This document shows positions 9,495-19,178 of a DNA stretch of 56,259 nucleotides, piece by piece. Within the stretch, counting starts at the first letter, position 1. Every line of letters begins with the position of its first letter. The position numbers were made by a program, and so were the translations under genes. The stretch is from the sequence record SRR31156797_5663. One strand, 5' to 3'. The notes under the pieces were generated by a model. That model was given only the letters and a program-made list of their open reading frames with translations. It was not told the origin of the DNA and ran no database searches.

Positions 9495-10028
9495 TTATTT
9501 TTGAGACAACTGCTTGTAGCGATCATACCAAATGTCCACATACCCTTGCGAAAAGGGTCCTTTGCCATTATTGATCCAATCTACTAAAATTTTGACATTT
9601 TCTTTTAAGATAAAATCAATGTCTTGCGGATATTGCATAATCTTACTGTGCAATTCATACTCATCCACATCTAGTAAACGTTTCTCGCCATCAGGAAATA
9701 CTTTGATATCAAGGTCATAATCGATATATTTCAATGCCTCTTCATCAAGTAAATACGGTGAAGCAAGATTACAATAATAGGAAACCCCCTTTTCTCGAAT
9801 CATTGCAATAACATTAAACCAGTATTTTTTATGAAAATATACAATTGCTGGTTCACGGGTAACCCAGCGTCTTCCATCTGATTCGGTCACTAATGTATGA
9901 TCGTTGACCCCTATCACTGAGAATTCACTGGTCTTTAAGACCATCGTATCCCGCCACGTTCGATGCAAATTGCCGTCATGTTTGTAGCTTTGAATGCTGA
10001 CAAACTCTCCTTCTTTTGGAACTCGCAT
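9495..10028 (-). CDS. ntdP: DUF402 nucleoside tri/diphosphate phosphatase
   Basis: [46 protein letters not shown]. Confidence 0.9.
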   Translation of the reverse strand: MRVPKEGEFVSIQSYKHDGNLHRTWRDTMVLKTSEFSVIGVNDHTLVTESDGRRWVTREPAIVYFHKKYWFNVIAMIREKGVSYYCNLASPYLLDEEALKYIDYDLDIKVFPDGEKRLLDVDEYELHSKIMQYPQDIDFILKENVKILVDWINNGKGPFSQGYVDIWYDRYKQLSQK

Positions 10029-10121
10029 AGCAACCCTTCCCTCAGCAAGAAAACTTGCGTTTTGTTTGGGTGTTCATTACACCGACATCGTTAATATTAT
10101 AGCAATAAAAGAAAGCTTTGC

Positions 10122-11273
10122 CTAGAAATCTTTATCGAGTTTCTGATATTTCTTTAATTGATCCACCAATTTCTGCTGGGGTTTTGGGAAAACATAGTTT
10201 TGAAAGGATTCTTTTGCTGCCCATTCGCTGTCTTGTAACGTGAGCTCTCCACGTTTTCTGCCGTAAAATAAAAGGACGTGCCATTTCAAATGACTAAAGA
10301 TATGAGTGATCTCGCCAAAATGTCGTTTTTGCCAAACGACAGGCAGATCAGGAAAAATTTCGAGCGCATCATCTTCGGCAATCAAATCCAACTGCAGCTG
10401 CTCCTCTTTTGCCCATGTTCGCTGCAGAGCCTCGTACTGTTCTTTCGTCACTTCTACCAAAGGAAAATGCCACATAGAAGCTAATAAGCCTGTTTCAGGT
10501 CGCTGCACGAGTAAAAACGAGCCTTGATCTTCGATGGCGCCTGCGATGTAATAGACATCTTTTGGCTTTGCTTTTTTCGATTTCACTGGAAAGTCTGTTT
10601 GTCGATTCTCCGCATAAGCAAGACAATACTGACTGATGGGACACTCTTCACATTTCGGTGTAGTGGGTGTACAGATTCGTGAGCCAAGATCCATCAAGGC
10701 TTGATTAAACTCACCAGGTTCATCGGGGGAAATGATTGTTCTCATCGCCTCGTCAAATGGTCTTCGGCTGCTGGCTTTCGCAATATCTGCTTCGATACAA
10801 AATAACCGACTGACGACCCGCATCACATTTCCATCGATTGCCGGTTCTGGCAAGCCAAAAGCAATACTGCCAATGGCTCCAGCTGTGTAGGGACCAATTC
10901 CTTTTAATGAGCGAATCTCTTCAATTGATTGGGGCATTTCTCCGTCGAATTCGGCAACGATTTGCTGTGCAGCAGCCTTAAGGTTACGGGCACGAGAGTA
11001 ATAACCTAAACCTTCCCAAACCTTTAAAAGCTTTTGTTCTTCGGCTGCCGCCAAGTCTTGGATCGTCGGGAATTGTTCCATAAAACGATAGAAATAGCCA
11101 ATCACTGTTTCCACTCGTGTTTGTTGAAGCATGATCTCTGAGATCCAGATTGCATACGGATCGTTGGTCGCCCGCCAAGGCAGATTGCGTTTTTCTTTAT
11201 GATACCAAGTTAAAAATGTTTCTTGGAACGTCTTGATTTTTTCTTCATCCCAAGTTTCCCATTGCTTACTCAT
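10122..11273 (-). CDS. mutY: A/G-specific adenine glycosylase
   Basis: RNLPWR, WISEIMLQQTRV, WEGLGYYSRARNL, HhH motif LKGIGPYTA, 4Fe-4S motif CTPTTPKCEECPISQYC. Confidence 0.97.
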   Translation of the reverse strand: MSKQWETWDEEKIKTFQETFLTWYHKEKRNLPWRATNDPYAIWISEIMLQQTRVETVIGYFYRFMEQFPTIQDLAAAEEQKLLKVWEGLGYYSRARNLKAAAQQIVAEFDGEMPQSIEEIRSLKGIGPYTAGAIGSIAFGLPEPAIDGNVMRVVSRLFCIEADIAKASSRRPFDEAMRTIISPDEPGEFNQALMDLGSRICTPTTPKCEECPISQYCLAYAENRQTDFPVKSKKAKPKDVYYIAGAIEDQGSFLLVQRPETGLLASMWHFPLVEVTKEQYEALQRTWAKEEQLQLDLIAEDDALEIFPDLPVVWQKRHFGEITHIFSHLKWHVLLFYGRKRGELTLQDSEWAAKESFQNYVFPKPQQKLVDQLKKYQKLDKDF

Positions 11274-12060
11274 CCATTACTTCCTCATCTAAGAATCGTT
11301 GTATATCATCGATGGCAAACCCTTTTTGATAAAGGCCTTGCTTGATCTTCATTTTTCGTTTCATCAAGGGCAATCGCTGATGCCGCCGCATAAGTCGGGC
11401 ACCTTCTCTTTGGAGCGCTTCATTTTCTTGGTCCTCATCTTTTTCCATTGGTAATTCATCCAAAATCATCTGAATGACTCCTTGATGAAAACCTTTTTGC
11501 ATCAAATGCATTTTTATCTTTTGGATCATTTCTTTATGACTTTTGTTGTGAAAACGACGCATCGCTTTCTCAGCCGTATGATAACCGACTTCAAACTGCA
11601 TTTCCTCGGTATACAAAGGCAATACTTCTTGAATCACAGGATCTTTCAAGCCTTTTTTTCTCAATTGCTGACTGATGACCACGGGTCCTTTATCGCTCAT
11701 GCGGACTTGGGTGCGAATGTAGCTCTCTCCGTAGTTTTTGTCATCGATCAGATTCAGCTCTTTCAGCCGTTCAACGACTAAGTCTCGGTCTTGTTTTTCG
11801 ATTTCTTTGTCTTTCAAATAGGTACGGACTTCCATTTCAGAACGCAGCTGATAGCTGATATAGTTCATGGCTTGCTGCAAGCCTAAATCAAACCCCGCAC
11901 TTTTTTTGATTTCTTTTAATTCTTCTTCACTCAGTTCCTTGCCTTTTAATAGCCGAAAACGGACCAAAAGATCTTCTGAGACCCGCAGCGTTTCACCTTC
12001 TGATGTCGCCACTTCATAAAATGGTCCTTTCCCTTTGTTGATACGAATAATTGTATTCAT
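11266..12060 (-). CDS. recX: Recombination regulator RecX
   Basis: AMNYISYQLRSEMEV, LIDDKNYGESY, KGPVVISQQLRKKG and repeated LxxKGF motifs. Start moved to ATG 12060 (RBS AGGTGA). Confidence 0.93.
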   Translation of the reverse strand: MNTIIRINKGKGPFYEVATSEGETLRVSEDLLVRFRLLKGKELSEEELKEIKKSAGFDLGLQQAMNYISYQLRSEMEVRTYLKDKEIEKQDRDLVVERLKELNLIDDKNYGESYIRTQVRMSDKGPVVISQQLRKKGLKDPVIQEVLPLYTEEMQFEVGYHTAEKAMRRFHNKSHKEMIQKIKMHLMQKGFHQGVIQMILDELPMEKDEDQENEALQREGARLMRRHQRLPLMKRKMKIKQGLYQKGFAIDDIQRFLDEEVMDE

Positions 12061-12073
12061 CTTCTTCACCTCG

Positions 12074-12087
12074 CGAACGTACATTCT
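12074..12087. promoter_or_regulatory. Putative LexA (Cheo/SOS) box at the recX-mutY promoter
   Basis: CGAACGTACATTCT is one mismatch from GAAC-N4-GTTC and lies between the extended -10 (12088-12098, minus) and the RBS. Confidence 0.55.
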
Positions 12088-12174
12088 ATTTTACCACAAC
12101 TACGATAAAATTCCTTCTAATCAAGCTGAAAAAATGTGGTAAAATGAACTGACTATTTTATTTAAGGAGTTCAC

Positions 12175-13551
12175 ATGGCAAATACACAAGTCCAGCTTGG
12201 ACAAAAACTACAACTAACGATCAAACGCTTGGGGATCAACGGAGAAGGCATCGGGTATTACAAAAAGCTGATCATCTTTGTTCCCCGTGTTCTGCCGGGG
12301 GAACAGGTCATTGCCGAAGTCACCAAAGCCTCTCCCCGCTTTGCTGAAGCCAAGATGACCAAAATCATCAAGCCAAGCAGCGATCGCATCCAACCACCGT
12401 GCAAGTTTTATGACCGGTGCGGCGGCTGCCAATTGCAGCACTTAGTCTACGATAAGCAATTAGACTTCAAAAAAGACCTATTGAAACAAGCACTTGAAAA
12501 ATTTAAGCCAAAAGGCTACCAACAGTTTGAACTAAGGGATACTTTAGGCATGGATGTTCCTTGGCATTACCGCAACAAAGCGCAATTTCAATTGCGTTAC
12601 AACAGTCAGACCAAACGTATCGAAGCGGGTTTATACGAAATGGAGTCCCATCGCTTAGTCGCCATTGATGATTGCCTCGTACAAGAACAAGATACACAAA
12701 AAGTGATCAACGGCATCGTCCAGTTATTGAACAAATACCAGATCCCGATTTACGATGAACGAAAAAATAGCGGGATTTTACGAACATTGATGGTTCGCAT
12801 CGGGATCGCCACTGGCGAAGTCCAAGTTGTTTTCATTACCAATTCTGTCAAACTGCCGCAAAAAAATGCTCTGATACGCGAGATCAATCAGCGCTTGCCG
12901 CAAGTGGTTTCCATCATGCAAAATGTGCAAAACAAAAAAACGTCCGTCGTCATGGGAGAGGAAACGATTCATCTTTGGGGCAAAGAAGCAATCGAAGAAC
13001 GGTTGAATGAACTGACCTTCGATTTGTCCGCCCGCGCATTCTTCCAGCTGAATCCGCAGCAAACCAGCGTCTTGTATCAAGAAGGGTTAAAAGCCCTTGA
13101 CTTAAGCAAAAATGAAACAGTTGTTGATGCTTACTGTGGTGTGGGGACGATTGGGTTGAGTGTGGCACCTTATGCCAAAGAAGTCCGCGGCATGGACATT
13201 ATTCCTCAAGCGATCGAAAATGCCCAAGAAAATGCCCACCGTATTGGTGCCCAAAATACCCATTATGAAACGGGAACTGCTGAGGAGCTCTTACCAAAAT
13301 GGTTCAATGAAGGCTTCAAACCTGATAGCATCATTGTTGATCCGCCAAGGACAGGCTTGGATGAACGATTATTGCAAGCTTTGCTGAAACAACCACCGAA
13401 GAAGATGGTCTATATATCTTGTAATGTTTCTACTTTAGCAAGAGACTTAGTCCAATTAGCCAAAGTGTTTCACGTAGAATATCTGCAATCAGTAGATATG
13501 TTTCCACAAACCGCACGCTGCGAAGTGGTGGTAAAATTGACCCGCAAATAA
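12175..13551 (+). CDS. rlmD: 23S rRNA m5U methyltransferase (RlmD/RlmCD family)
   Basis: TRAM N-terminus, C..YDRCGGCQLQH, YRNKAQF, AFFQLN, DAYCGVGTIG, VDPPRTG, YISCN, VDMFPQT. Confidence 0.95.
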   Translation: MANTQVQLGQKLQLTIKRLGINGEGIGYYKKLIIFVPRVLPGEQVIAEVTKASPRFAEAKMTKIIKPSSDRIQPPCKFYDRCGGCQLQHLVYDKQLDFKKDLLKQALEKFKPKGYQQFELRDTLGMDVPWHYRNKAQFQLRYNSQTKRIEAGLYEMESHRLVAIDDCLVQEQDTQKVINGIVQLLNKYQIPIYDERKNSGILRTLMVRIGIATGEVQVVFITNSVKLPQKNALIREINQRLPQVVSIMQNVQNKKTSVVMGEETIHLWGKEAIEERLNELTFDLSARAFFQLNPQQTSVLYQEGLKALDLSKNETVVDAYCGVGTIGLSVAPYAKEVRGMDIIPQAIENAQENAHRIGAQNTHYETGTAEELLPKWFNEGFKPDSIIVDPPRTGLDERLLQALLKQPPKKMVYISCNVSTLARDLVQLAKVFHVEYLQSVDMFPQTARCEVVVKLTRK

Positions 13552-13557
13552 ACATTC

Positions 13558-13594
13558 GCCTGACAAATCATTTTGTGATCTGTCAGGCTATTTT
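13558..13594 (+). terminator. Intrinsic terminator of rlmD
   Basis: GCCTGACAAATCA..TGATCTGTCAGGC followed by TATTTT. Confidence 0.75.
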
Positions 13595-13810
13595 ATTGCA
13601 CCTATCGTTTCAGCGTATTTTCAATGGAAAAATGAATCGGTCTGTATGATGAGAATCTTTGTATCATTATAAGCATCATCAAATCCCCAATCATTAAAGC
13701 CGAAGAATCGTTCGATCCCTTGAAAAGTAATGGGTCAAAATGTTTTTTATTATATAATATTTAACACTGCAAGAAAGCAATTCTAAGTACAAAAAAATCG
13801 AGAAATTTAG

Positions 13811-13846
13811 AAAAAAAACTGGAACTGATTCTTTCAGTTCCAGCTT
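13811..13846 (-). terminator. Intrinsic terminator of glyQS
   Basis: CTGGAACTGA..TCAGTTCCAG stem with an A8 run (U tract on the minus strand). Confidence 0.8.
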
Positions 13847-13880
13847 ATTTTATTTAGAAACGTGCAACTGCAAGCTTCTT

Positions 13881-15953
13881 TTATTTCGTAATCAAAGCAT
13901 CTAAACTAGCCACTGCCAGACTCATCTTCGCGATTTTATCCAACAAGGCAAAACGGTTGCGGCGAATCTGTTCATCTTCCACCATGACCATTGTTTGATC
14001 AAAATAAGCTTCGATCAATGGGCGCAGTGCCACTAAGCTTTGGTAGTTTTCTTCCATCGTTTGATGTGGGAACTTGTTCTCTACTGTTAAGACCGCTTCA
14101 TACAAGGCAGTTTCAGAGTCGTTTTCAAACAAGGCAGGATCAATTGCTACTTGTTCCAATTCGGCTTTTTTCGCTAAATTGATTACTCGGGTCAAGGCTT
14201 CCATCGATGGTTTGAAGTCGGTGTCTTGCAAATGTTCTCTTAACATCTGAGCCGTTTCAAATAGCGTACTGATATCTGCTTGGCGTGCGCCTAAAACAGC
14301 TTCAATGACATCATGACGCGTATTTTTGCTGAGTAAGAATTGACGCAGACGGCCTTTCACAAAATCGGTCACTTGTTCTTGACCTGCGGCAAGTTGAATA
14401 CCAAAAATTTCCGGTTGGGCATTAATAGCTTCACGAATCTCTTCTTGTAACTGAGCAAATGGGAAATACCAGCGTTTTTCAGCTAGGATGCGGATAATTC
14501 CGTACGTTTGCCGGCGGAGTGCGTAAGGATCGTTTGAACCACTTGGAACCATATCGACAGCGAAGAACGCAAGCAAGCTGTCCAATTTATCCGCAATGGC
14601 TAAAACAGCCCCGATTTTCGATTGCGGCAGTTCACCTTCTGCTGAGATCGGCATGTAGTGTTCACGAATCGCTTGGGCAACTGTTGGTTTTTCTCCTTGG
14701 ATCAAGGCATACTTTTCCCCCATGATTCCTTGCAATTCAGGGAATTCTCCCACCATATTTGTCACTAAATCAAATTTATAGATTTGAGCTGCCCGTTGGA
14801 GATCAGTCAGTTCTTCTTGTGTTAAACCAACAGTATTCCCGATGATTTGTGCAGCTAATCCAACACGCTGCATTTTTTCATACAAACTGCCAATTTTTTC
14901 GTGGAAGGTGACTTGCTTAAGCTTTTCCACGCAATGGTCGATGGTCAATTTTTTGTCCTCATTATAGAAAAACTCAGCATCTTCTAGACGGGCGGTCAGT
15001 ACTTTTTGGTTTCCTTTGATGACATTATCAATTTTCACGGCATCCCCGTTGCGGGCAGAGATGAAATGCGGCAGCAATTCTCCATCAAGGGTGCGGACAT
15101 CGAAGTAGCGTTGATGTTCTTTCATAGAAGTAACTAACACTTCTTCAGGTACAGAAAGATATTTTTCTTCAAAGTCCCCTACAAAAGCTGTTGGGTATTC
15201 AACCAGATTTGTCACTTCTTCGAGTAGGTCTTCATCTAAATCGATCCGCCAGTTGTTTTCTTGAGCGATCGCATTGATTTGTGAGGTGATCATTTGTTGA
15301 CGTTCGCTTGGATCAGCAATGACAAACTGATGCTTCATTTTCTCCAAATAGTCGTCCGCATGATCAAACGTGACTGCCTCACCTAAGAAACGATGACCTT
15401 TTGACTCGCGTCCGGTAACAATATCAAGGATTTGGAAAGGAATGACTTGCTCACCAAAGAGTGCGACGATCCAATGAATTGGTCGGATATATTCAAAATC
15501 GTAGTCTGCCCAGTGCATCGTTACTGGGAAAGTCAAACTCGTGATTACTTCCTGCAATCCTTTCAATACCTCAACGGTTGGTTGACCTTGGGTATGTTTC
15601 GTTACATAGACATACTCAACACCTTTTAATTCACGGAAGGTGATGTCATCGGTTGTCAATCCTTGCCCCCGAACAAATCCTTGAGCTGCTTTCGACCAAT
15701 TGCCTGCTTCGTCTAAGGCGATTTTTTTCGCTGGCCCTTTGACGTCTTCTTGTGTATCGGCTTGTTTTTCAGGAAGACCGGTGACATAGACTGCCAAACG
15801 ACGAGGTGTCGAATAAGCTTCAATCGCTGTATAAGGTAATGCATGAGCATCTAAGAAAGCTGCCGTTTTTTCTTGTAATTGTTTCATACTTGGGGTTACG
15901 ACATGCGCAGGTAATTCCTCTAAGCCGATTTCTAATAATAGGTTTTGTGCCAT
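13881..15953 (-). CDS. glyS: Glycine--tRNA ligase beta subunit
   Basis: [52 protein letters not shown]. Start moved to ATG 15953. Confidence 0.97.
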   Translation of the reverse strand: MAQNLLLEIGLEELPAHVVTPSMKQLQEKTAAFLDAHALPYTAIEAYSTPRRLAVYVTGLPEKQADTQEDVKGPAKKIALDEAGNWSKAAQGFVRGQGLTTDDITFRELKGVEYVYVTKHTQGQPTVEVLKGLQEVITSLTFPVTMHWADYDFEYIRPIHWIVALFGEQVIPFQILDIVTGRESKGHRFLGEAVTFDHADDYLEKMKHQFVIADPSERQQMITSQINAIAQENNWRIDLDEDLLEEVTNLVEYPTAFVGDFEEKYLSVPEEVLVTSMKEHQRYFDVRTLDGELLPHFISARNGDAVKIDNVIKGNQKVLTARLEDAEFFYNEDKKLTIDHCVEKLKQVTFHEKIGSLYEKMQRVGLAAQIIGNTVGLTQEELTDLQRAAQIYKFDLVTNMVGEFPELQGIMGEKYALIQGEKPTVAQAIREHYMPISAEGELPQSKIGAVLAIADKLDSLLAFFAVDMVPSGSNDPYALRRQTYGIIRILAEKRWYFPFAQLQEEIREAINAQPEIFGIQLAAGQEQVTDFVKGRLRQFLLSKNTRHDVIEAVLGARQADISTLFETAQMLREHLQDTDFKPSMEALTRVINLAKKAELEQVAIDPALFENDSETALYEAVLTVENKFPHQTMEENYQSLVALRPLIEAYFDQTMVMVEDEQIRRNRFALLDKIAKMSLAVASLDALITK

Positions 15954-15954
15954 C

Positions 15955-16866
15955 TTATTTTCCCTCCTCAATCAGTTTTTGCGCCACTTCTGGATCAAGC
16001 AATGGATAACCGAGGTTTTCCCGTTCTGCTACAAATAGTTTTGCTACTTGACGGGCCATATTACGGATACGTGCGAGGTACCCAGCACGTTCAGTGACGG
16101 AGACTGCGCCACGAGCATCCAACAGGTTGAAGGTATGGCTGCATTTTAAGATATAGTCGTAAGCTGGATGAACTAAGCGTTCATCGATACAGCGTTTTGC
16201 TTCTTTTTCAAAACGATCGAAGTTCCCTAAAAGCAAGTCTTGGTCACTGACTTCAAAGGAGTATTTTGAATGTTCATACTCAGGTTGGCGGAAAATCTCA
16301 CCATATTTGACACCTGCAGACCATTCAAGATCGTAGACACTTTCAACTTCTTGAATATAAGATGCTAGACGTTCTAAGCCGTAAGTGATCTCTGATGTCA
16401 CTGGCTTACACGCTAAGCCACCAACTTGTTGGAAGTAAGTAAACTGGGTGATCTCCATCCCATCTAACCAAACTTCCCAACCAAGACCTGCACAACCCAT
16501 TGAGGGGTTTTCCCAGTTATCTTCGACGAAACGAATATCATGTTCTAATGGATCGATCCCTAAAAGACGCAAGCTTTCTAAATAAAGCTCTTGGATATTT
16601 TCAGGAGAGGGCTTCATCACGACTTGGAACTGGTGGTGCTGATACAAACGATTTGGGTTTTCCCCGTAGCGGCCATCAGCTGGACGGCGAGAAGGTTCTA
16701 CGTAAGCGGCGTTCCATGGTTCTGGACCGATTGCACGTAAAAATGTGTATGGGCTCATGGTTCCAGCCCCTTTTTCTGTATCATAGGCCTGCATCAGCAT
16801 ACAGCCGTTTTCAGACCAGAATTTTTGCAAAGTCAAAATCATCTCTTGCACAGTTAGTTTACTCAT
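15955..16866 (-). CDS. glyQ: Glycine--tRNA ligase alpha subunit
   Basis: [49 protein letters not shown]. Confidence 0.98.
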   Translation of the reverse strand: MSKLTVQEMILTLQKFWSENGCMLMQAYDTEKGAGTMSPYTFLRAIGPEPWNAAYVEPSRRPADGRYGENPNRLYQHHQFQVVMKPSPENIQELYLESLRLLGIDPLEHDIRFVEDNWENPSMGCAGLGWEVWLDGMEITQFTYFQQVGGLACKPVTSEITYGLERLASYIQEVESVYDLEWSAGVKYGEIFRQPEYEHSKYSFEVSDQDLLLGNFDRFEKEAKRCIDERLVHPAYDYILKCSHTFNLLDARGAVSVTERAGYLARIRNMARQVAKLFVAERENLGYPLLDPEVAQKLIEEGK

Positions 16867-16881
16867 CTTTTTCTTCCTTTC

Positions 16882-17121
16882 TTATAACGCATTGACGACA
16901 GGATAAAACTCGACAACTGATCCGGGGATCAATTTTACTTCGACCACGGCATCTGCTTCTAAAATATCAGATAAGTCGTAAAGCATTTGGTCTGGACTCG
17001 TTGTAAATTCATGTAAAAGCTGTTCATCCTTTAAAAGGCGAACCTGAAGTGGAATACTTGCTAATACTTTGAGCTTTTTTTCGGTAAACGCACTTGCTGG
17101 AATCGTCATATCAAATAACAT
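16882..17121 (-). CDS. Hypothetical 79-aa protein, first ORF of the glyQS T-box operon
   Basis: Strong RBS AAAGGAGG 7 nt before ATG 17121. Stop lies 15 nt before the glyQ ATG. No family recognised. Confidence 0.75.
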   Translation of the reverse strand: MLFDMTIPASAFTEKKLKVLASIPLQVRLLKDEQLLHEFTTSPDQMLYDLSDILEADAVVEVKLIPGSVVEFYPVVNAL

Positions 17122-17164
17122 AAAAAAACCTCCTTTGTTTTTGGCTATTCTTGGTGTGAAACAT

Positions 17165-17368
17165 AAAAAAGTCCCTATATCTATACAAAGTGTATAGATA
17201 TAGGGACGATACATTCGCGGTTCCACCCTACTTCCGACAAGTCGGCAGCTTCATTGATCATGCTCACGGACGCCTGCGAAATAAGGTTCCAACTTGGCTT
17301 TCACTCTCCCAAGTTCGCTTCATGGAATGGTCTTCTTTCTTTCTTCCGGTCATAGCACGGATTCGATT
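17165..17368 (-). promoter_or_regulatory. Glycine T-box riboswitch (glyQS type) with terminator
   Basis: T-box AGGGTGGAACCGCG (17229-17216); AGCGA and GAGTGA stem-I motifs; GGC (Gly) specifier at 17274-17272; terminator stem 17171-17207 plus U6. Confidence 0.93.
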
Positions 17369-17374
17369 ACCCTT

Positions 17375-17404
17375 ATGATAGTAGTTGAAGCTAGGGTTTG
17401 TCAA
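17375..17404 (-). promoter_or_regulatory. Sigma-A promoter of the T-box leader
   Basis: TTGACA (17404-17399), 18 bp spacer, TATCAT (17380-17375). Confidence 0.75.
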
Positions 17405-17420
17405 TGATTAATTTGAACTT

Positions 17421-19178
17421 TTATCCTTCTGGACCTAAATCCGCCTGATCATGAAAGACGATCTCATCAGCGATTTTCCCATCACTTTCAAAAACAATGA
17501 TCTCATTCATTCCAGTTTTTAAAAACGGCGCCGGGACGTACAAGCGCTGCTGCGGTCCTTTTTCCCAGAAACGGCCGATCATATGACCATTGACTTGGAC
17601 AAACCCTTTGCCCCAGCCCGGCAATTCGATAAAGGTATCTGCACATTCATCAAAAACACATTCAAAGCGTGAGAAACTTGGTTGGCCTTTTTGCCATTTC
17701 CCTTGGAAATCAATGGCATGCAAATTATCCATCGGCAAGGGATAGATTTCCCAGTTGCTTTGGAATGCGCCATTAATGATCACACCGTCTTTAATGCCTT
17801 TGTGCTGATGGTTCATTTTAACGGAATAATTGACCCGCCCCATATTCTCCACCAAGATCCCCAACTCGTTTTCTGATTCTGATAGATCGAAACTGTAGGA
17901 TTGACCGATTTCTCGATCGTAATCGATGCGCAAAAGTTCCTGGTTGATAAACGTATGGGCACGATCCATCGTATTGATCAGACGGTAGTCGGCAATCTTC
18001 CGTGCAGGCCCAATCAGTGAGCGATAGTAGATATAACCTGTCGCTTGATTGCAGGCTTCCATCGATAAAGGGTAATTCCTTATGATCGGTTGACTGATCG
18101 TGTCGATCGTCGAAAACAAGGAGACTCGTTCTTTCACTGAGAATGTTCCATAAGCTTTTCGCTCAAGTTTCATACTCAAGGGAAACTCAGGAATTTCCGC
18201 ATAGTCAGCGATCACTTTTTTGAAGGCTTGGTATTTGGCAGTAGGTTCTCCCCATTCTGTCAACAAGGCATCATAATCATAGCTAGTGACATCCGGCGCT
18301 AAGCGCTCGTAATAGTTTGACCCGTTCATAAAGCCAAAATTGGTCCCGCCATGGAACATATAAATATTGACAGAACCTTCTGCCAAGCAATCCTGAAGTT
18401 CCTTTACTGCATCAGCCGTTGATGTTGTATGATGATGGTCATCACCCCAAGCATCAAACCAGCCGATCCAAAATTCCATGACCATCAGTGGCCGTTTTTC
18501 TCCGTGAAATCTTCGAAGTTTTTCAAAGTTTTCCTTGATGTTGGAGCCGCAGTTGATCGTAGGCAATGCCAAGTCTTTGATAGTGCCGTTTTCTAACATA
18601 TCGTGCCAAGGTCCGTCAGAGGTCACTAACGGCGTTTCTACACCCTGTTGCCGCATCGCAGCCACCATTTTCCGCAAATACTCTTTATCATTGGCGTAGC
18701 TGCCGTATTCATTTTCTACTTGCATCACTAAAATCGGACCGCCTTGGGTGATCTGCAGATCCCGCACTTGTGGAAACAAATGGGCGAAATAACGAGTGAT
18801 TTTTTCCATAAATGGTGGATAATCAAACCGAAGCTTCATCATGGGATCTTGCAAAAGCCAATAAGGCAGTCCCCCAAATTCCCATTCTGCACAAATATAA
18901 GGTGCTGGTCGCAAAATGACATAAAGCCCTACTTCTTGTGCCGTTTGGATAAATCGCCGCAAATCAAGGATCCCCTCAAATTGATAGACGCCTTCCTGTG
19001 CTTCATGGAGATTCCACGGAACATAGGTTTCCACAGTATTACAACCCATCAAGCGTAGTTTCTCTAATCGATCTTGCCAATATTCAGGAACGACCCGAAA
19101 ATAATGGATCGCTCCAGAGATCACTTTGAACGGCTTTTTGTCTAGATAAAAGTCATCTTCGATAGCAAAAGTTCGCAT
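17421..19178 (-). CDS. Beta-galactosidase, GH35
   Basis: SGAIHYFR, ETYVPWNLHE, RPAPYICAEWEFGG, QVENEYG, MEFWIGWFDAWG, YMFHGGTNFG, TSYDYDA. No signal peptide. Confidence 0.95.
   Translation of the reverse strand: MRTFAIEDDFYLDKKPFKVISGAIHYFRVVPEYWQDRLEKLRLMGCNTVETYVPWNLHEAQEGVYQFEGILDLRRFIQTAQEVGLYVILRPAPYICAEWEFGGLPYWLLQDPMMKLRFDYPPFMEKITRYFAHLFPQVRDLQITQGGPILVMQVENEYGSYANDKEYLRKMVAAMRQQGVETPLVTSDGPWHDMLENGTIKDLALPTINCGSNIKENFEKLRRFHGEKRPLMVMEFWIGWFDAWGDDHHHTTSTADAVKELQDCLAEGSVNIYMFHGGTNFGFMNGSNYYERLAPDVTSYDYDALLTEWGEPTAKYQAFKKVIADYAEIPEFPLSMKLERKAYGTFSVKERVSLFSTIDTISQPIIRNYPLSMEACNQATGYIYYRSLIGPARKIADYRLINTMDRAHTFINQELLRIDYDREIGQSYSFDLSESENELGILVENMGRVNYSVKMNHQHKGIKDGVIINGAFQSNWEIYPLPMDNLHAIDFQGKWQKGQPSFSRFECVFDECADTFIELPGWGKGFVQVNGHMIGRFWEKGPQQRLYVPAPFLKTGMNEIIVFESDGKIADEIVFHDQADLGPEG

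Noticed and set aside
13466-13481. parS-like TGTTTCACGTAGAATA
   Set aside because: Three mismatches in one half-site and explained by rlmD codons (VFHVEY).
13500-13880. rlmD 3' end as an ICE or island integration site
   Set aside because: No integrase, att duplication or cargo is present.
17122-17226. N-terminal extension making the 79-aa ORF 114 aa
   Set aside because: It runs through the T-box terminator; the strong RBS supports ATG 17121.
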